Shown: positions 1 through 13,300 of the stretch, one piece after another
Layout of the letters: every line of letters begins with the position of its first letter
Numbering within the stretch: position 1 is the stretch's first letter
Assembly (NCBI GenBank): GCA_000708835.1
Contig: DF237040.1
Location: 148,611-212,610, forward strand
Reading direction: 5' to 3'
Source of the DNA: Klebsormidium nitens
Taxonomy: Eukaryota; Plantae; Klebsormidiophyceae
Length of the DNA: 64,000 nt
Program-made: the position numbers and the translations under genes
Notes under the pieces: generated by a model
Databases searched by the model: none
Seen by the model: only the letters and a program-made list of their open reading frames with translations
Told to the model about the DNA's origin: nothing

Positions 1-669
1 CCTGGGCATTCTCGCAGTGTATGAATCCACACCAAGGTCACCACCCAAATTCGTGCTGCTCCAGCGCGGACAAGTTTGGCAAAAACGTCTGTATATTTTT
101 CACGCATCTCCAACAGCATAATCCGGTCCTTACTTGCCCTCTAACACTCCAAGCCTCAAAAAGACAGCGGAGAGAAACAAAGAAGAAGCGAACGCACGGA
201 ACTACTCAGCAAAAGGCCTCTGCGTTCTCACGCAGAACGAAAAGCAGTTTCTATTCCCGGCCTTGCTTCCGCATGGAGTCAGCTGCCACAGTAAATGACG
301 TACTTAATAAATTCGTCTAGAGGCCAATCCAGTTCACATAAGCAACCCGTAAATGCCTCTCAGAACATAAATGGATCCGTAAAGCTGATGTAGCTCGAGC
401 GCCCAACAGCGAGCCACTTCGAATGACCGGTGCAGCCGGTCAAACGGTGGCTGGCAAGCTTTGTTTGTTGGCCCGCTTTCGTGAGAACAAAGAGAAGAAG
501 AATCACAGTGGCCCAGAGCTTTCCTGCAACAACCGTCGAGAGTACAATGATCGTTTGTCTTGCTGTGTCTCACGCTCAAAGCAAACATAATAGAGGGAGA
601 AAATGAAAGAAAAGCAAAACAGGCTTTTGCTACAAGTGATCGAATCCTCTATTTAGATTTGTCATTCAT

Positions 670-752
670 CGATGTAGGCGATCCAGCAGGGACAGCGGCG
701 GGAAGCGCGACGAGATGCCCTCCTCGCAGCGCTGTGCTTCGATCGAAGTTGT
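670..752 (-). repeat. Exon echo: decayed copy of the 3' end of VPS37 exon 1023-816
   Basis: gatccagcagggacagcggcgggaagcgcgacgagatgccctcctcgcagcgctg versus exon ggtcgagcagggactgcggcgagaagcgcgacgagatggccttctcgcggcgctg. Confidence 0.9.
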
Positions 753-815
753 AAGAATCAACCGAGAAGGACAGCGCCAGAGATCATAGAATTCCATAAA
801 CGTCTCACAACTTAC

Positions 816-2555
816 GATGTAATCGGTCGAGCAGGGACTGCGGCGAGAAGCGCGACGAGATGGCCTTCTCGCGGCGCTGCGCCTCGTCGAGCTGTTGCCG
901 CGCGGCGGCGACCTCCGTGGTGCGGATGATGTTGCACTGGTTGCGCAGCTCGCTCACCTCGTTCTCGCGCGCCAGGTTGCGGTGCGCGAGGTCGAGGTTG
1001 CTCGAGCGCAAATCGTCGCGCAACTGAGAAACCAGGAGAAGGCGCGTCAAGATCTTTAGTAAACCGAGCAGACGTGAAGCAGGGTTTGATTGGCAAGGAA
1101 TAGCGCGTCGAAGTGCGGCAGCAACGTCCCAATACTAGCGCGTAGGCCGCCGTGCGACTGGAAATAAACAGGGCAAGTGGAGGCTTCCGCACATATCTAC
1201 AAAGGGTGAATAGTCGGTCAGATGCTGTGTAGTAGCTCCGTGTTGCTAGGGCGGCAAATATCCCATCAGTGGCAAGTGAGGAATTTGACGATCTTCAGTT
1301 TGACGAATTGCGGAGGTAAAGAGCACATGACTACCCACCTTTTCTGCATGTTTGACGCTCTCGATGCTGCTGAGGAATGCCTTGTACGCGCTTGGGTCCG
1401 TCAGCAGCCGTTGCAACTCCTCCGCACTGCAACGAAGAAACCGGAAAAGTGGGCGTTAATACCAGCCCATTCTCACCGCAGATTGATAGCGGTGCTCACA
1501 GCGTTGCGTCTCCTGAGCGGACGTCCGCCGACTCTTTGAATCCAATCAACTGCGCAGCGTATGAAAGATTGGAAGAACCTGTCGAGACGGGTTTGTACAA
1601 GAAGCCGCATCTCGTCAAGGATTTTGGGCCGTTACGTGAACAAACAACCCTTCTGCAAATCATCTCCTGGCCCGTTCTGTAAGATACGTACTTTCAAAGA
1701 TCCGGGTCGGAGCCGTCATCAAGCGAGTCCATTATGTCACCTGAAAGTTTTCCACACGCAGAGTCTCGTGCAACAACGCACCCTCAAGAACTCTGGATCC
1801 GGATTCCTTGGAATCGAAAGGGCAGAAAGTTTTCCTACTTCTCAGGAATGATCCGCTCACCTCTTGTCTCTCAACGACGGAAAAGTTGTCGGTATCCCAG
1901 GCATGGGCGACGTGCTCCGGCCGCTGCTCCCTGCTGACCCAGGGGGGCTGCCGATTGGGCTATTGCCAGCTCGAGAGTACCCCCCCGAACCACTATACCC
2001 GGTATTCCTGGAAAACATGGTCACAGAAACGGGTAAAAAATGTCGAAAAGTGTGACGGGCACCTATTGGCCTTTGAAGGCGGCAACATGCACACGCGTCG
2101 ATGACCGCTTGCTAAGACGGATACGAAAGGGTCCTTCCAGACAGGGCATTCATGCAGAGTCTTTGAACCCAGTGCAGACTGGAAAGTAAAGCCCGCCTGA
2201 CCCCTGACGGGATGCAATGTCACCTTTGGATCCGGAAACCGCAAAGCTTTGCAGAAACGGAATAGTCGGTAGCCAACAGTCGTTCAGATCGACCGACCAA
2301 ACAGTAACAGGTTACGAACGTAGCAAAAGTTTCTTTGAAATCGTAAGTCCCACCTTCTGCAGCCCTGAAATTTCTGCAGACCGTGCACGTGATTGCTCTG
2401 GAATCAGCACCAAGCGGAGGATGCTTCTCCTCTTCCCCCTGCAGAATCTCCAAGTGTCTTTGCAAAGGAAAGCAGAAGAATTTTTCGGGTCGTAGAGTGG
2501 CTCTTGCGAAAAGTGGTGCAAGTGAGACTCACCCGTAGCCTCCTCTGTATGACAT
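816..2555 (-). CDS. VPS37: ESCRT-I subunit VPS37 (plant VPS37-1-like); 3' terminal exon not found in window
   Basis: Phase-consistent GT-AG exons 2555-2533, 2007-1861, 1426-1339 and 1023-816 splice to MSYRGGYGNTGYSG...IPTTFPSLRDKSAEELQRLLTDPSAYKAFLSSIESVKHAEKLRDDLRSSNLDLAHRNLARENEVSELRNQCNIIRTTEVAAARQQLDE...FSPQSLLDRLH. This matches the plant Mod(r)/VPS37 motif ELRNQCxIIRTTE. Confidence 0.85.
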
Positions 2556-4011
2556 CTTGTTGGCCACCAGCAGATCCACTAACGGCTTCTGCACAAAGAA
2601 TTGACAAGATTAGCAATGATGAAAAAGCCCTTCGCAAGGCTCACTCAAAACTTTCGAACCCACAAAAGCTGCTCTATTCGTGATATCCTTTGTCGAGTCC
2701 TCATCAGGAACTTGGATGTGGCAATCAGACGTTGTTCAAAATCCACTGGCCCGGGATACCAGAGCTGCAAGTCATCATCGCCACAGCTGGATCAGTCTAC
2801 GAACTTTGAAAAACGTCAAAATAAGACACAAAGTCATACTTCAGGTCCAGATGTTGGATTTTTGCCAACTGTCGTTCATTACTAGATCTTTTTGACACAT
2901 GGTGCCTTTGAGCTGCACGGATGCAGTAACCCCTGCTCTAGATCCCACTTCCTCCGGGCGTCTCAAGTCACGCACAAATGGCGCACCGCTTGAACGATCA
3001 AAGCACCACTTAAGGCAACGTGCTTCACGCCAACAAAAATACACCTCGCATTGCTTATCATTTGACGTCATGCAGATTTCTCTTCAAGTTACTCTCTTGC
3101 TGAAAAGTGGTGCGGGCGAAAGCAGGTGGAATCTCTGAAGGCACGGTCTGCAACAATACTAAACCCTTTCATGGCATCCTTGTTTAAAAGAACCTTTGCA
3201 TGTCCTTGGTGCGCCTGCTTCATTCGGGGCTGACAAGCACACGCCTAACCTTGTTCATCAGTCCGACCAATTCATTGAGAAGTGGGCCAGAACAAGGGGC
3301 ATAAGCGGGAAATACGATCATGTCTATGTTTGTGGGCAGGGGGTGGCCCCACTTGTTAAATGGCCAAGTTATCGTACGAACCGCTGCGATTGCAAATACA
3401 CGAAATAGGAGCAGCATTCTTCAAAATTTGAGTTTCAAAATAATCTAGGTATCAAGGGGGAGTGCACAATGAAGCTGCATGGTGCTATTCTCGCATCCAT
3501 TGGCGTCGAGTTACTTTCAAAGTTGTGGTGCGCTGCTGAGAGCCAATCGATATCGACTCCATGGAGTGCCATTGCTCAGCTCTGAGCCTCTGAAAGCCAC
3601 AAACAAGCAGAGGAAAGATTGGGCAGAATGAGAAAACTTCCGGCGTTCTTGATTGGTCGAAGCTGCACATCCCAGCTCTCATATTTGCACCACCGCAAGC
3701 TGAACTGGTATTTTACAGCATCCTCGGCAATCCATGACAGAGTAACGATCAAGGAGTCACAACCCACCAGCAAATTTGCAATGTAAATTTCTTGTCGCCT
3801 TGGCTCTGCCTTCTGCCCCACTCAGACTCGAGACTCTGCCCTCAGGGTCAGCCGCTCCAACTCTTGGAATTGTGCTTCTTTCCAAGCTGAAGATCGACCT
3901 TGAAAGCGCCTCCTCCAGCCGACTTTCCCCCCTGTAGAGCTGAACTTGCCATTGCCAGCAATTCTCGAAATTTTGACAAATTGTGAAGAGTTGCAAGACT
4001 CTCGCACTAGC

Positions 4012-4020
4012 AAACCCTAA
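4012..4020 (+). promoter_or_regulatory. Telo-box (AAACCCTAA) in the divergent VPS37/APC6 promoter
   Basis: Exact AAACCCTAA about 355 bp upstream of the APC6 ATG, between head-to-head genes. Confidence 0.5.
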
Positions 4021-4374
4021 TTCTCTGTTCCTGAGGCTGCTCGACAGCTTGAAACCTTGAGCATATGTTTTTAGGCGCTTGCAACAGTCTGAAAGTGCAC
4101 CAGCCCTGAGATTTAAAAGTTGACCAGTAAGTTTCTACAACACTGTCAACAGCACTCCTTCTGGCAATTCAGTCGTCTTAGAATCTGTAGGAGTGTCTGG
4201 TGGTTCTGGAAGCAGAACCTTGCATTGCAGTGCTTAGATCAATCGTTCACACCAAAACGGGTGTTCTTTCAACGCGTGACATTGGGCGGTAGGATTAGCT
4301 GCACACTCAGAATAGTGCGCTCCGTAGGAATTCTCAGCGGTGCGACTCTGCACCCATTGAACCAAAGTGCCACC

Positions 4375-7300
4375 ATGAATTTGGAGAAGCTGCGATCGGT
4401 GGTGCGCGACGCCCTTGGGAAGCACCTCTACTCATCGGCAATCTTCTTTGCTGACAAGCTGGTCACTGTCTCTGGGGCCGCTGCCTCGGACGTTTACCTT
4501 TTAGCTCAGGTGCACCGAACTTGCACCGGTTCTTTGTGAACACAGTGTGGTTGAGAGAGCGCATGTGTGTTGTAGGACCGCAGGATCACAAGTAGTAGTT
4601 TTGGAGCTCTCTTTGAGCCACGCTTATCAAATCTTGGTTGAAGCTTTGTTTGAAAGACCTCTTTGAAGTGGAGGCAAGGATTCCAAGAGGTAACTAAGCT
4701 GCCCTGGGTGTGGGCATGGGGCCTGATGACTGATTCTTGATGTGGCGCCTTGCACCGGCTGCCAAAGGTGGTTGGCACCGACGGCTGAATGCATTCCTGC
4801 TTAACCCGGCACATTGATAAGTCTCTCAAGCACTTATTCTGATCAATGATGGGGTCCCCTCACTCCCTTACGAGGCGCTTCTTGTTCCATCTCCTCAAGA
4901 GTCTGCTTTGGCAATCAATCACTGCCTTTCTATCGGAGGATGCCCTAATGAACCTTCTCACTAGTTGAGTCCTTTGATGTAGATCAGAGTGATGGCACTT
5001 TGAGCTCCACTGCCTTTTGCATTAGATTCCCTCCACCTACATGTTGCTCAATAAGATGCGAACCTGATCACAGGAGTGTTGCCAAAAAGCTTCAAACCTG
5101 GGACTAGATTACGAACAGTAGCCCCCGCAGTTGCAGCTTGCCTCCCATTGCATGCCACTTTGCCCTCCATTGTGGTGCAAGTTTACTTGGTCTAAGAGCT
5201 TTGCTCCATAAATTAGAAAGGATACACATGTTCCCAAACATGGCAGTGAAAACTTTCAAGAGACAATATCCTCCCAACCTGCCCAGGCGTACTACCTAAG
5301 CAAGCAGTACCAGCGGGCGCTACACTTGCTGCGGCAAGAGCACCTGCTGACGGCTGATGACCGCTTCAAGTACCTGGCTGCCCGATGCCTGGTGAGATTG
5401 CTTGTCTCTGTCTTCGTAAAGTTCAGGGACAGGCGAGAGCATCGAGCACTAATTAGGCCTTGCACCTGTGTTGCCTCGTTTTTGGCCTCCTAAGAAAGTG
5501 AAGCTGAGATTCGGGAAGAAGGCCACCCTGTTCAGACTCTTTGGTTGTGGTGACGGTACATATTTAGACGATGGCTTCAGATGGCTTTGTTTCACCAAGA
5601 ACTTCTGAGCTGGAGGAAGAAGGTAAAATTTTCTCATCTGGCTGGAACACTTCTGCGATGTTGAGTCCTCTGTGATGACGGATTCATCTTTTTCAGCTCC
5701 TGCAATGGTGACCGAAGGGAGGTCCAGCCTGATTGTCGATTTGTTTGATGTCATCAACGAAAGTGTTTCACGGCTCAAGAGCCTTCTTTCTCTATCCACT
5801 TGCACTCATTTTACACTGAAAAACCCCCCTGGGACACACGAGAATCCAGCATCACGTCATGGTATGTATCTCTCAGGCGGAGCTGAAAGAGTGGGACGAG
5901 TGCCTGGTGATGCTGGGGGATGACGAGAGCCTGGCCGAGCAAAGCGGCCAAGCCAGCGAGGGGGAAAGCATGGAGCTGAATGGGGAAGGCAGGGAGATCA
6001 ACGTAAGGGCTTCAATCAACCCAGTTTTTAAAGTTGAACCGGGTGGGGTTTGTTTGAGACAACATGGCAGTGTGCGGACTACCAAAGTTTGATCATTTAA
6101 GTCGCTGCCGTGCAGTTTGCTTTGGCGTACCCTACGTGCTTGAGTTACGAGCCTTCGAGATTGGGGAACCGTTTGACAGTTGTCCATTCAAGGGCCAACG
6201 CAAGAGCAAAAGCCCAATCCTTCTTTTGTACGCGGTGGCCTCGCCCTGCCAAATCCTTGCCAAATCAGTTTTGTTTGAGCTTGCGCTGTTTGAGTTTGCG
6301 CAAGGAATGCACGAAGATCGAGGTTGCTTGTCTTTCAAGATGCATCTTTACGCCTTGCAGATTGTTGCAGCGAACTGTCTCCTTCGAGGGCGGGCGTTTG
6401 AGGCGCTGGACAATCGGACAAAGGCCCTCTTCTGGTCAGTGTCCCAATCCTTTTCCTTGTGTTCGTCAAGACTCTTTTGTGATGGATACTTCGAACAGAA
6501 TACTCGCATGGTGGTTCTGATGTCTCGTAAGTGTAATTGATCTCCCCTGGAACAACTTCCCTCAAACAAAATCAAAGGACGCAAGCGACGGAGTCATGTG
6601 AAAGCCTGCCATGTTGTCCCCTTCTTCCACAATTCACTGGGCACGGTCGACATCGGTTGAATTGTCGCACGTTTGGCGAGATGTACCCACTTCTGTGAGC
6701 ATTACTGGTCTGGTTTCAAACCTGACCACATGCTAAATTCGAGCACTTAGCGAATGTAGCTCACAATCTTCGTTGATGCAAACCTTGACAGGAAGATTGT
6801 TGACGTCATACTGACGGATGTTTTCACCGACTGTGCAGGTACAAGGCGACACTCCGAGCGGATCCGTATTGCTACGAGGTGAGTTTACTGTGTGTTTCGA
6901 TAGGTGCCTTGTCGAGTCGTCAAATGGCTGCTCAACTTTCGGAAGCTGCCGTCGAAATCGAAACTTCGATTCTCGAAAGCTGATGAAGCTGACCCTGTTT
7001 CCAGTCAGGCCTGAGCTAGAACGGGTGACAACCGTGCATGCTGTGAAAGTGCTTGAATGTAGAAAGCTAGGACGGTCAGAAAGTCTCGAAAGATGGAACT
7101 CAATGTTCGTGTTCCTCCGCTCTCGCAGGCCTTCGAGCATTTGTTTGACAACCGCATGCTATCGGCGGATGCAGGTGAGACAAGGAACCTTGCATCCAGG
7201 ACCCCTCTCATTGTGTGGCTGATTTCCGCTGTGCAAATACCGTCTGCCTTCCATCACGAGCTCAGCTGTTCGCATAGCAATTGACTTGTCTAAGCAGTTA

Positions 7301-10300
7301 GACTGCGTTTCTACCGCGTTTGTTTATGTATCGATTTTCATGATCACTCGGTTTGCTGGATTTTGACGAGAAGCTCGTCCGATCATTGCAGAAGCGAAAC
7401 TCTTAGACTCGTTGAAGTTCCCGGCGGAAGACCGGTGGCTGGCGCTGCTTTACCAGTGCAAGAGCGTGAAGGTGTGCTTCGGAACCTCTCTCGGTTGGCT
7501 TCGACCTCGGTTCGACCTAGATCTGATGGGCCTTAGAGCAGCTGAGCCGCTGTCTCGGTTGATTGCGGTGCTCACCCAGAGCTATGTATGCGTTTCTTAG
7601 GACATTCGCCCTGGATCCTCTAGCATCAAATCGATTCGGCAACGAGCAGGCAAGGCAAAGGGTATAGTTCTGCGAAATCATATTGTTCTTTCGCGCACAG
7701 TTGTACATACTTTCTTTTGCTGCAAGGTCTTCATATTTCAATAAGCACGCTTCCTTTGGAAGCGCACTCCGTCTACAGCTGCAGCTGTTTGAGGAGCGCG
7801 CTGCAAGATGGTACAACCTCTTAACCGTGTCCGCTCGAAAGGACCCACCTGTCTTTCTTCATCTGGTCGTCTTTTTGAACAAGTTCTGGTTTCTGAAAAT
7901 TTCCTTTCAATCTCAAACTCCGGCCATTCAGCGGCTCGCAGCGGCCATTGAGGAGCGCGCTGCGGAGCTCCAGCGGTCGACACTTTCGACCCGATCTCAA
8001 CACTATTCGCGCTTAACGACTTCGCGATTTACATGTCTGTCCCCATTGTCGCCCTCATTTTACCTTTCCGCAGGAAAAGCGTTCCTTGATTACTTCGTTC
8101 CCTCTTAACAGTTCGGCCCGCCACTATCTGAAATGTTTCTCGTTCTTTCTGACAGTTTGGCCAGCGGCTGTTTGAGGAGCGCGCCGTGGAGTTGGAGCGG
8201 TCCGCCGATGACGCGCCTAGCACGAGCGGGAGCGACGGGTGGGGGCTGCGGGGCAACGGGGACCTTTTGGCCTGCCGCGCTGATAACCTGTACCACCGGG
8301 CGGAGTACCAGCAGTGCTACGACCTGACGAAAAGGTGACGATTGTCCGACGCCTGACTTACGAGCACCATTTGCACTGACTTCTAGTGTGCCTGAGGGCT
8401 GATACAAGAGCGCAACCAAGCCACTAAAAAGCAGGGGTCTAGTTACAGGTGCTTGAGAAGGCTCGGTCTTGGAAGCGGAGTGTCGGCCAAACGATATCCT
8501 TTTTCCGAGTGATGGTGCCATCTTCGCCATCCTCTTCGTTCGTTCGACAGAACTTCTCTCTGCCCGCTGGATTGCTTTGACCAGATGATTCAGTGGCCGG
8601 AACAGACTTTCTGGGCCAGGACCTTAGCATAGACATCACCACCTCACAAAGTCTCGAAGCGCCGGGCCCGCGACGGCATGAAGTGATTCTTCAGTCAGGA
8701 CCTTCTTCGTCGTCGTCAACGCCTGTGACTCTTCCTGGGGCGTTCGACTCGTACCGAGCGCTTCCGCTTTGGATATTTCCCTCCAAGTGTTTCTTCGAGG
8801 ACAGAAGACCTTTGATCTCATGACGTGCATCAGATGCTTTGTGCCAACGGCGAGGCGTAATTTCGAGTCACCCTCAACCCTGCAGCGTACTCGAACGGGA
8901 CCCGTATCACTTGGCGTGCATGCCCGTCCACGTGGCAGCCGCTCTGGAGCTGCGGCGCAAGAACGAGCTGTTTCTGCTCGCGCACAAGCTGGTGCAGGAG
9001 TACCCCCAGAAAGCCGTCGCGTGGTTTGCGGTCGGGGCCTACTACAGCTGCATACGGAACTACGACTCCGCGCGGCGATATTTCGCGTAAGTCGGGGTTA
9101 AGGTTTCAGCCTTTTGGGCTTTGAGATTGTACTGCTCTATGCTGCCGTGCTCGTTTATAGAGCGTGGTTCATTTTCCAAATCTGCAGCTATTGTATAGTC
9201 AAAAGCGGATCGACGATGAGGGGTTACAACCTTGGCCGCTGTGCCACTGGTTGGTTCTTTGGTACGTCCCCTGATGTCGCCGGCTGAGCCCGTCACCACA
9301 GCTCTCGCTTCAAATTTGATTTTCCGGTCCCGTCCTTAACTTGGTGTGTGTCGCTCTTCAAGCCCTTGTCAAGCTTGGTTTCCTAGTCGTCCATGTCCTC
9401 TCGAGAATTGTTGTCCAGGCTTCTTTGTTGTCGTTATCAATCCCGCTCACGGATCTCATAGCTCACTGTTCTTGCAACGTGGTCCGCTCTTTGATGGTGC
9501 ATACCCGTGTGAGCAAAGCCTGCCTTCTGATTGAATGGATACCCGCACCTTTCCTTATAATACCTCTTTATCGGCTGTTTCCTGAGGGCTCCATTCTGCA
9601 CTGATGGACGTTTCTGGGTTCACTCCACTGCGCTTGATGGGATTCACATTCCAACCACTCATCAGCTCTCCGAGACCCTGGGGATACGTCCTCCTCACTT
9701 CATTTTACGGTCGTACTTCCTTTGTTGCAAAAGCTTACAATGATGGCCTGGCAAAATAGGGTCACTTGGGGGCCATGGTGTGCATGTGCTTCGTGTGGCC
9801 GAATGAGCCAGTTGTGTTGTTGTTGGCACTGAACGCCCTCGCTCTGGTGGAAACCGAGCACTGAAGTGTGGGTTGAAGTAGGCAGTCGATGAGACTCCGC
9901 AACGACATGCAAACGTACGAATTCTGAGTCCTGAAGCCTAGATTTCTGAAGATCAAACTCCGTTTTATCTTGGTAAGGATGCCGGTAAGACTATCTTCGA
10001 TGCTAGCGGACGTGTCTGTTAACCACGCTCTGGTGCACGTGGATGTAGGCCGCAATAGGAGTGTGCCTGCGAACCTATTTGGACGGGTTTATTTTTATGC
10101 TTTTACTGCATCTTTCTGCATCTGATGAATCGATTCTACTTACTTCATTTCTGTCCACGTCCTTCGTGCTCAGCAGTCAGTCTAATCGTGTAGGCAAAAA
10201 TCCATTTCGAAGGGCATTGCTGATGTCGTTTCTTGCGACCTAGGCAACAAGTCTAAATGACAAAGGAGGATTTCCGGAAGGCAATGACCGACGGTCACTT

Positions 10301-13300
10301 TGATGGACCCAGTCACACACTTACACGGGTGTCTGTGTTGATTGCCCTCCAATCCTCGTGAATCCAATCAAACGGTCTCTCTAATCGGAGTTTCTTATGT
10401 TGCCCTCGATCCTTGTGGCACTCTCCGGGCCGCCTCGTTGAGCACCTAGTGATAAGTGCGTGCACCTTGATTTGTTCAAAATCTATAGCTTCTGTCAATT
10501 CCATCTAACCCAAAAGCTTTTGACGGGTCCTTTACACTGATGGTACATTGTGGTGCCATTAGGAGCAGTCTTTGTAATGGTTCTCAAGTTGCCCCTATTG
10601 TATGCGATTCTATCCTCTAACTTTGCTTCCGTTCTTTAGAACTGTGCTCGTCTATTATAATTGTGGTGCGTCGAGCTTCGGGCTTAAGACGATCACGACA
10701 AGTGCCCCTGGTCGTCCAAGGCCAGGAAATTCATCTCGCAACAACAATCACGGCGTCGATCTTATGACCTTCTTTAAAAAACCTCTGCTCTAGTCGACGG
10801 ATGTTTCGCTGTGATTGTCCCCATAGAGTGAATGCAGCATCGGAAGCAGGCAATTGTACAAGTGGCAGAAGTGCGAGCCAATCACTTGTCACGCTCGCGG
10901 CTCTAGTAGCACCTGCGGTGATTGTACTCGCCTGGCGGTATCGCCATCACAACCAAACAAGAGTCCTTGAAGTCGAAAAGGTGACACGTGTCAGTTGCTT
11001 CAACTAGTAAATATAGTAACCCGTCTCAAGCCATTTTGAAGGTTTGAAGGCGTCTGAAGGCGGCAAATTTTCGAGGGCCGTGAAGATGGTCTGGGCGACA
11101 CTGCCAGACAGCGTGTCCTCGAGTCCCTGTGTTCACTCTCGTCTTCAACCAACAGCAATGCGAGCCTGACCGTCTTTACAGATAGCAATCTCAGATGGAA
11201 CGCTGAGGGACGAACAGAACTAAGCCGTATTCTGGATTTGTACGCTCGCTCAAAGGAAATACTCGAGGCCTGCAAATATCAGAACGTCCCGGTCCCCTGT
11301 TTTACCTAGCACGGTCGATAGGGTTGTTGCCACTCTGTCTTATGCCTTGTCTTTTGTGTGCCGTCAGTCAATGCGTCTCCTCAGGGCCTGGCTGTTCAAA
11401 AGCAACAGACTTGGCTCCGTTGCCTTTCCTTTAGCAGTTTCTGTCAATTGGACAGTGAAGATGGTGCATGCTGGCGAGACAAGCCAAGCATGAGGCTGCA
11501 CTCCCTGATGCCCGCAGGCTTTGGTGCGCTTCTAGAAAACCAGTGCTGCTTCCAAAGACGCGACTTGGAAGCAGACTGCTTGGGGCGTTGATCGAAGGAA
11601 GAGACGACCGGTAAAGCCCCGTCGTTTGCACGATAAAAAAACTCGGTCTCTTTTGATTGTGCGTTTGCTGCCGGAAAATAAAGTCATGCCCAAGAGCTTG
11701 GCACTCGGGGCATCGTCAACCTTATGGGTCCTGGTTACGTACTTGAGGTTCTTGGTAAGAGGTACGTTCACGCGGGTCCCTATCGCCTCTCATTGGCCCA
11801 CTGATCGGCCCGCTTTGCTGAGGTTGAGACGTCAAACAAAGCAATTTGAGTCCTGCTTTTCGACCTCTAAAGCGCTTCTTGCGCTCTCGGCGTCGTGCCC
11901 TGAGTTATTCCCGTCATCGAGTCATCGCCGCATACTGCGGTCCCCACCAATAGGTTTCCTTCTTTTAATTTGGATCACTTTACAGCAGGAGCGGATTCAC
12001 AAGCTTCCAAGCAGATCTTTTGGTGGCATGATGTGCCCACAGTTTCTATCGACCCTGGCCATAATTGGCCAGCACCTCCTTTTCAACGAGCACTGAGGCC
12101 CCACACTTATGTTGGACAGCCCTCCAGTGATAGTCCTGCATTTGCTTGTTGGGACGCATGGAGGCTAAGCGTATCCAAGTTGGTTGACTTGTCACGCTCT
12201 CGCTTTGACAGCCTTTGGAGCACTGAACGCCGGGGCTTGTCACGTGCTTCGTTCTTCCGCAAGGCGTTCAGTGAAAGTCCATGTGCGGAAAGGCCGTCGG
12301 GACGCCAGGCAAAAGATGGCCAGCTGCTTAGCGTGAATCATTGCCAGCTCCGCCCATTGATCGCCCTTCTTTTCGAGGTCATAATCTATGACCTGAATGA
12401 CCATAGAGTCATTTCCGGCAGTGTGATTGCCTCTTGTTGCCTTGAAATCGAACTAGAGGCTCCCCTGATAAGGTGATATTGTTCCCCTCAATCGAGTCGA
12501 AAATTCTGGTCAGCCTCTTACACTTGTGCGACTATTGCATTTTCAAACGGTCTTTGGGATGTGAAATAGTAAGTGTCAGCCAGTATCCGCAGACAGGCCT
12601 TTCGTCTCCATACGAGGAGATAATTCCCGTTGTGACAACGTTGTGATTTTCAACACTATGATGCACAAATCACATTCTGTTGGGCACAGCCGAAGCGCTA
12701 ATCATTACTCGAACGAGGCCTGGAAAGGGAAGATGAAGCACGTCAGTTCGTGTCCAGGCAGCGTGTGTAAATGAAAGCTGGCAACTTTCGAAGATTGCCT
12801 ACATTGTGGCCGAGCCTTTGGGAGCAAGAGACGCTTGTATTATCGGGAACGCCACAAAAAACAAAGCGCTCTCTCGCTTTTCCGATTCAAAAAGACCTGT
12901 TGAAACGTTCTTGAAAGCGAGCTCGTCGCTCGGTCTTGCACTTTGTGTCAATCTACATGGAGTGGAGCCCCACAGCTTCAGCAGAAGCCTTTTCGGAAAT
13001 GCTAGTCTCACTTCCATCTCTTTTCGCTGAGGAAAGTGGTTTGTTTACTGTATGCGAGACTACTCTCTCCATTGTCGTTCTTGGTCTTTCGCCTCCGCGT
13101 AATACCACCGCGAATCTTTGTCCTGCTCGCTCTGGCTTATGAAAAGAGATCCTTTGTGAATTATTACTGACTGATTCTGGTCAGCGGTATTTTGATTAGC
13201 TTCAAGATGTCTTTTACGAGAATGGAAACATTCATCTTAGGCATCGCCGATATTTCTGCAAAATTCGATTTCCCAGGGCAATGACGATGTAGTTGCTCCA

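Noticed and set aside
1-600. Final VPS37 exon
   Set aside because: No frame I checked gave the expected C-terminal helix, so it probably lies outside the window.
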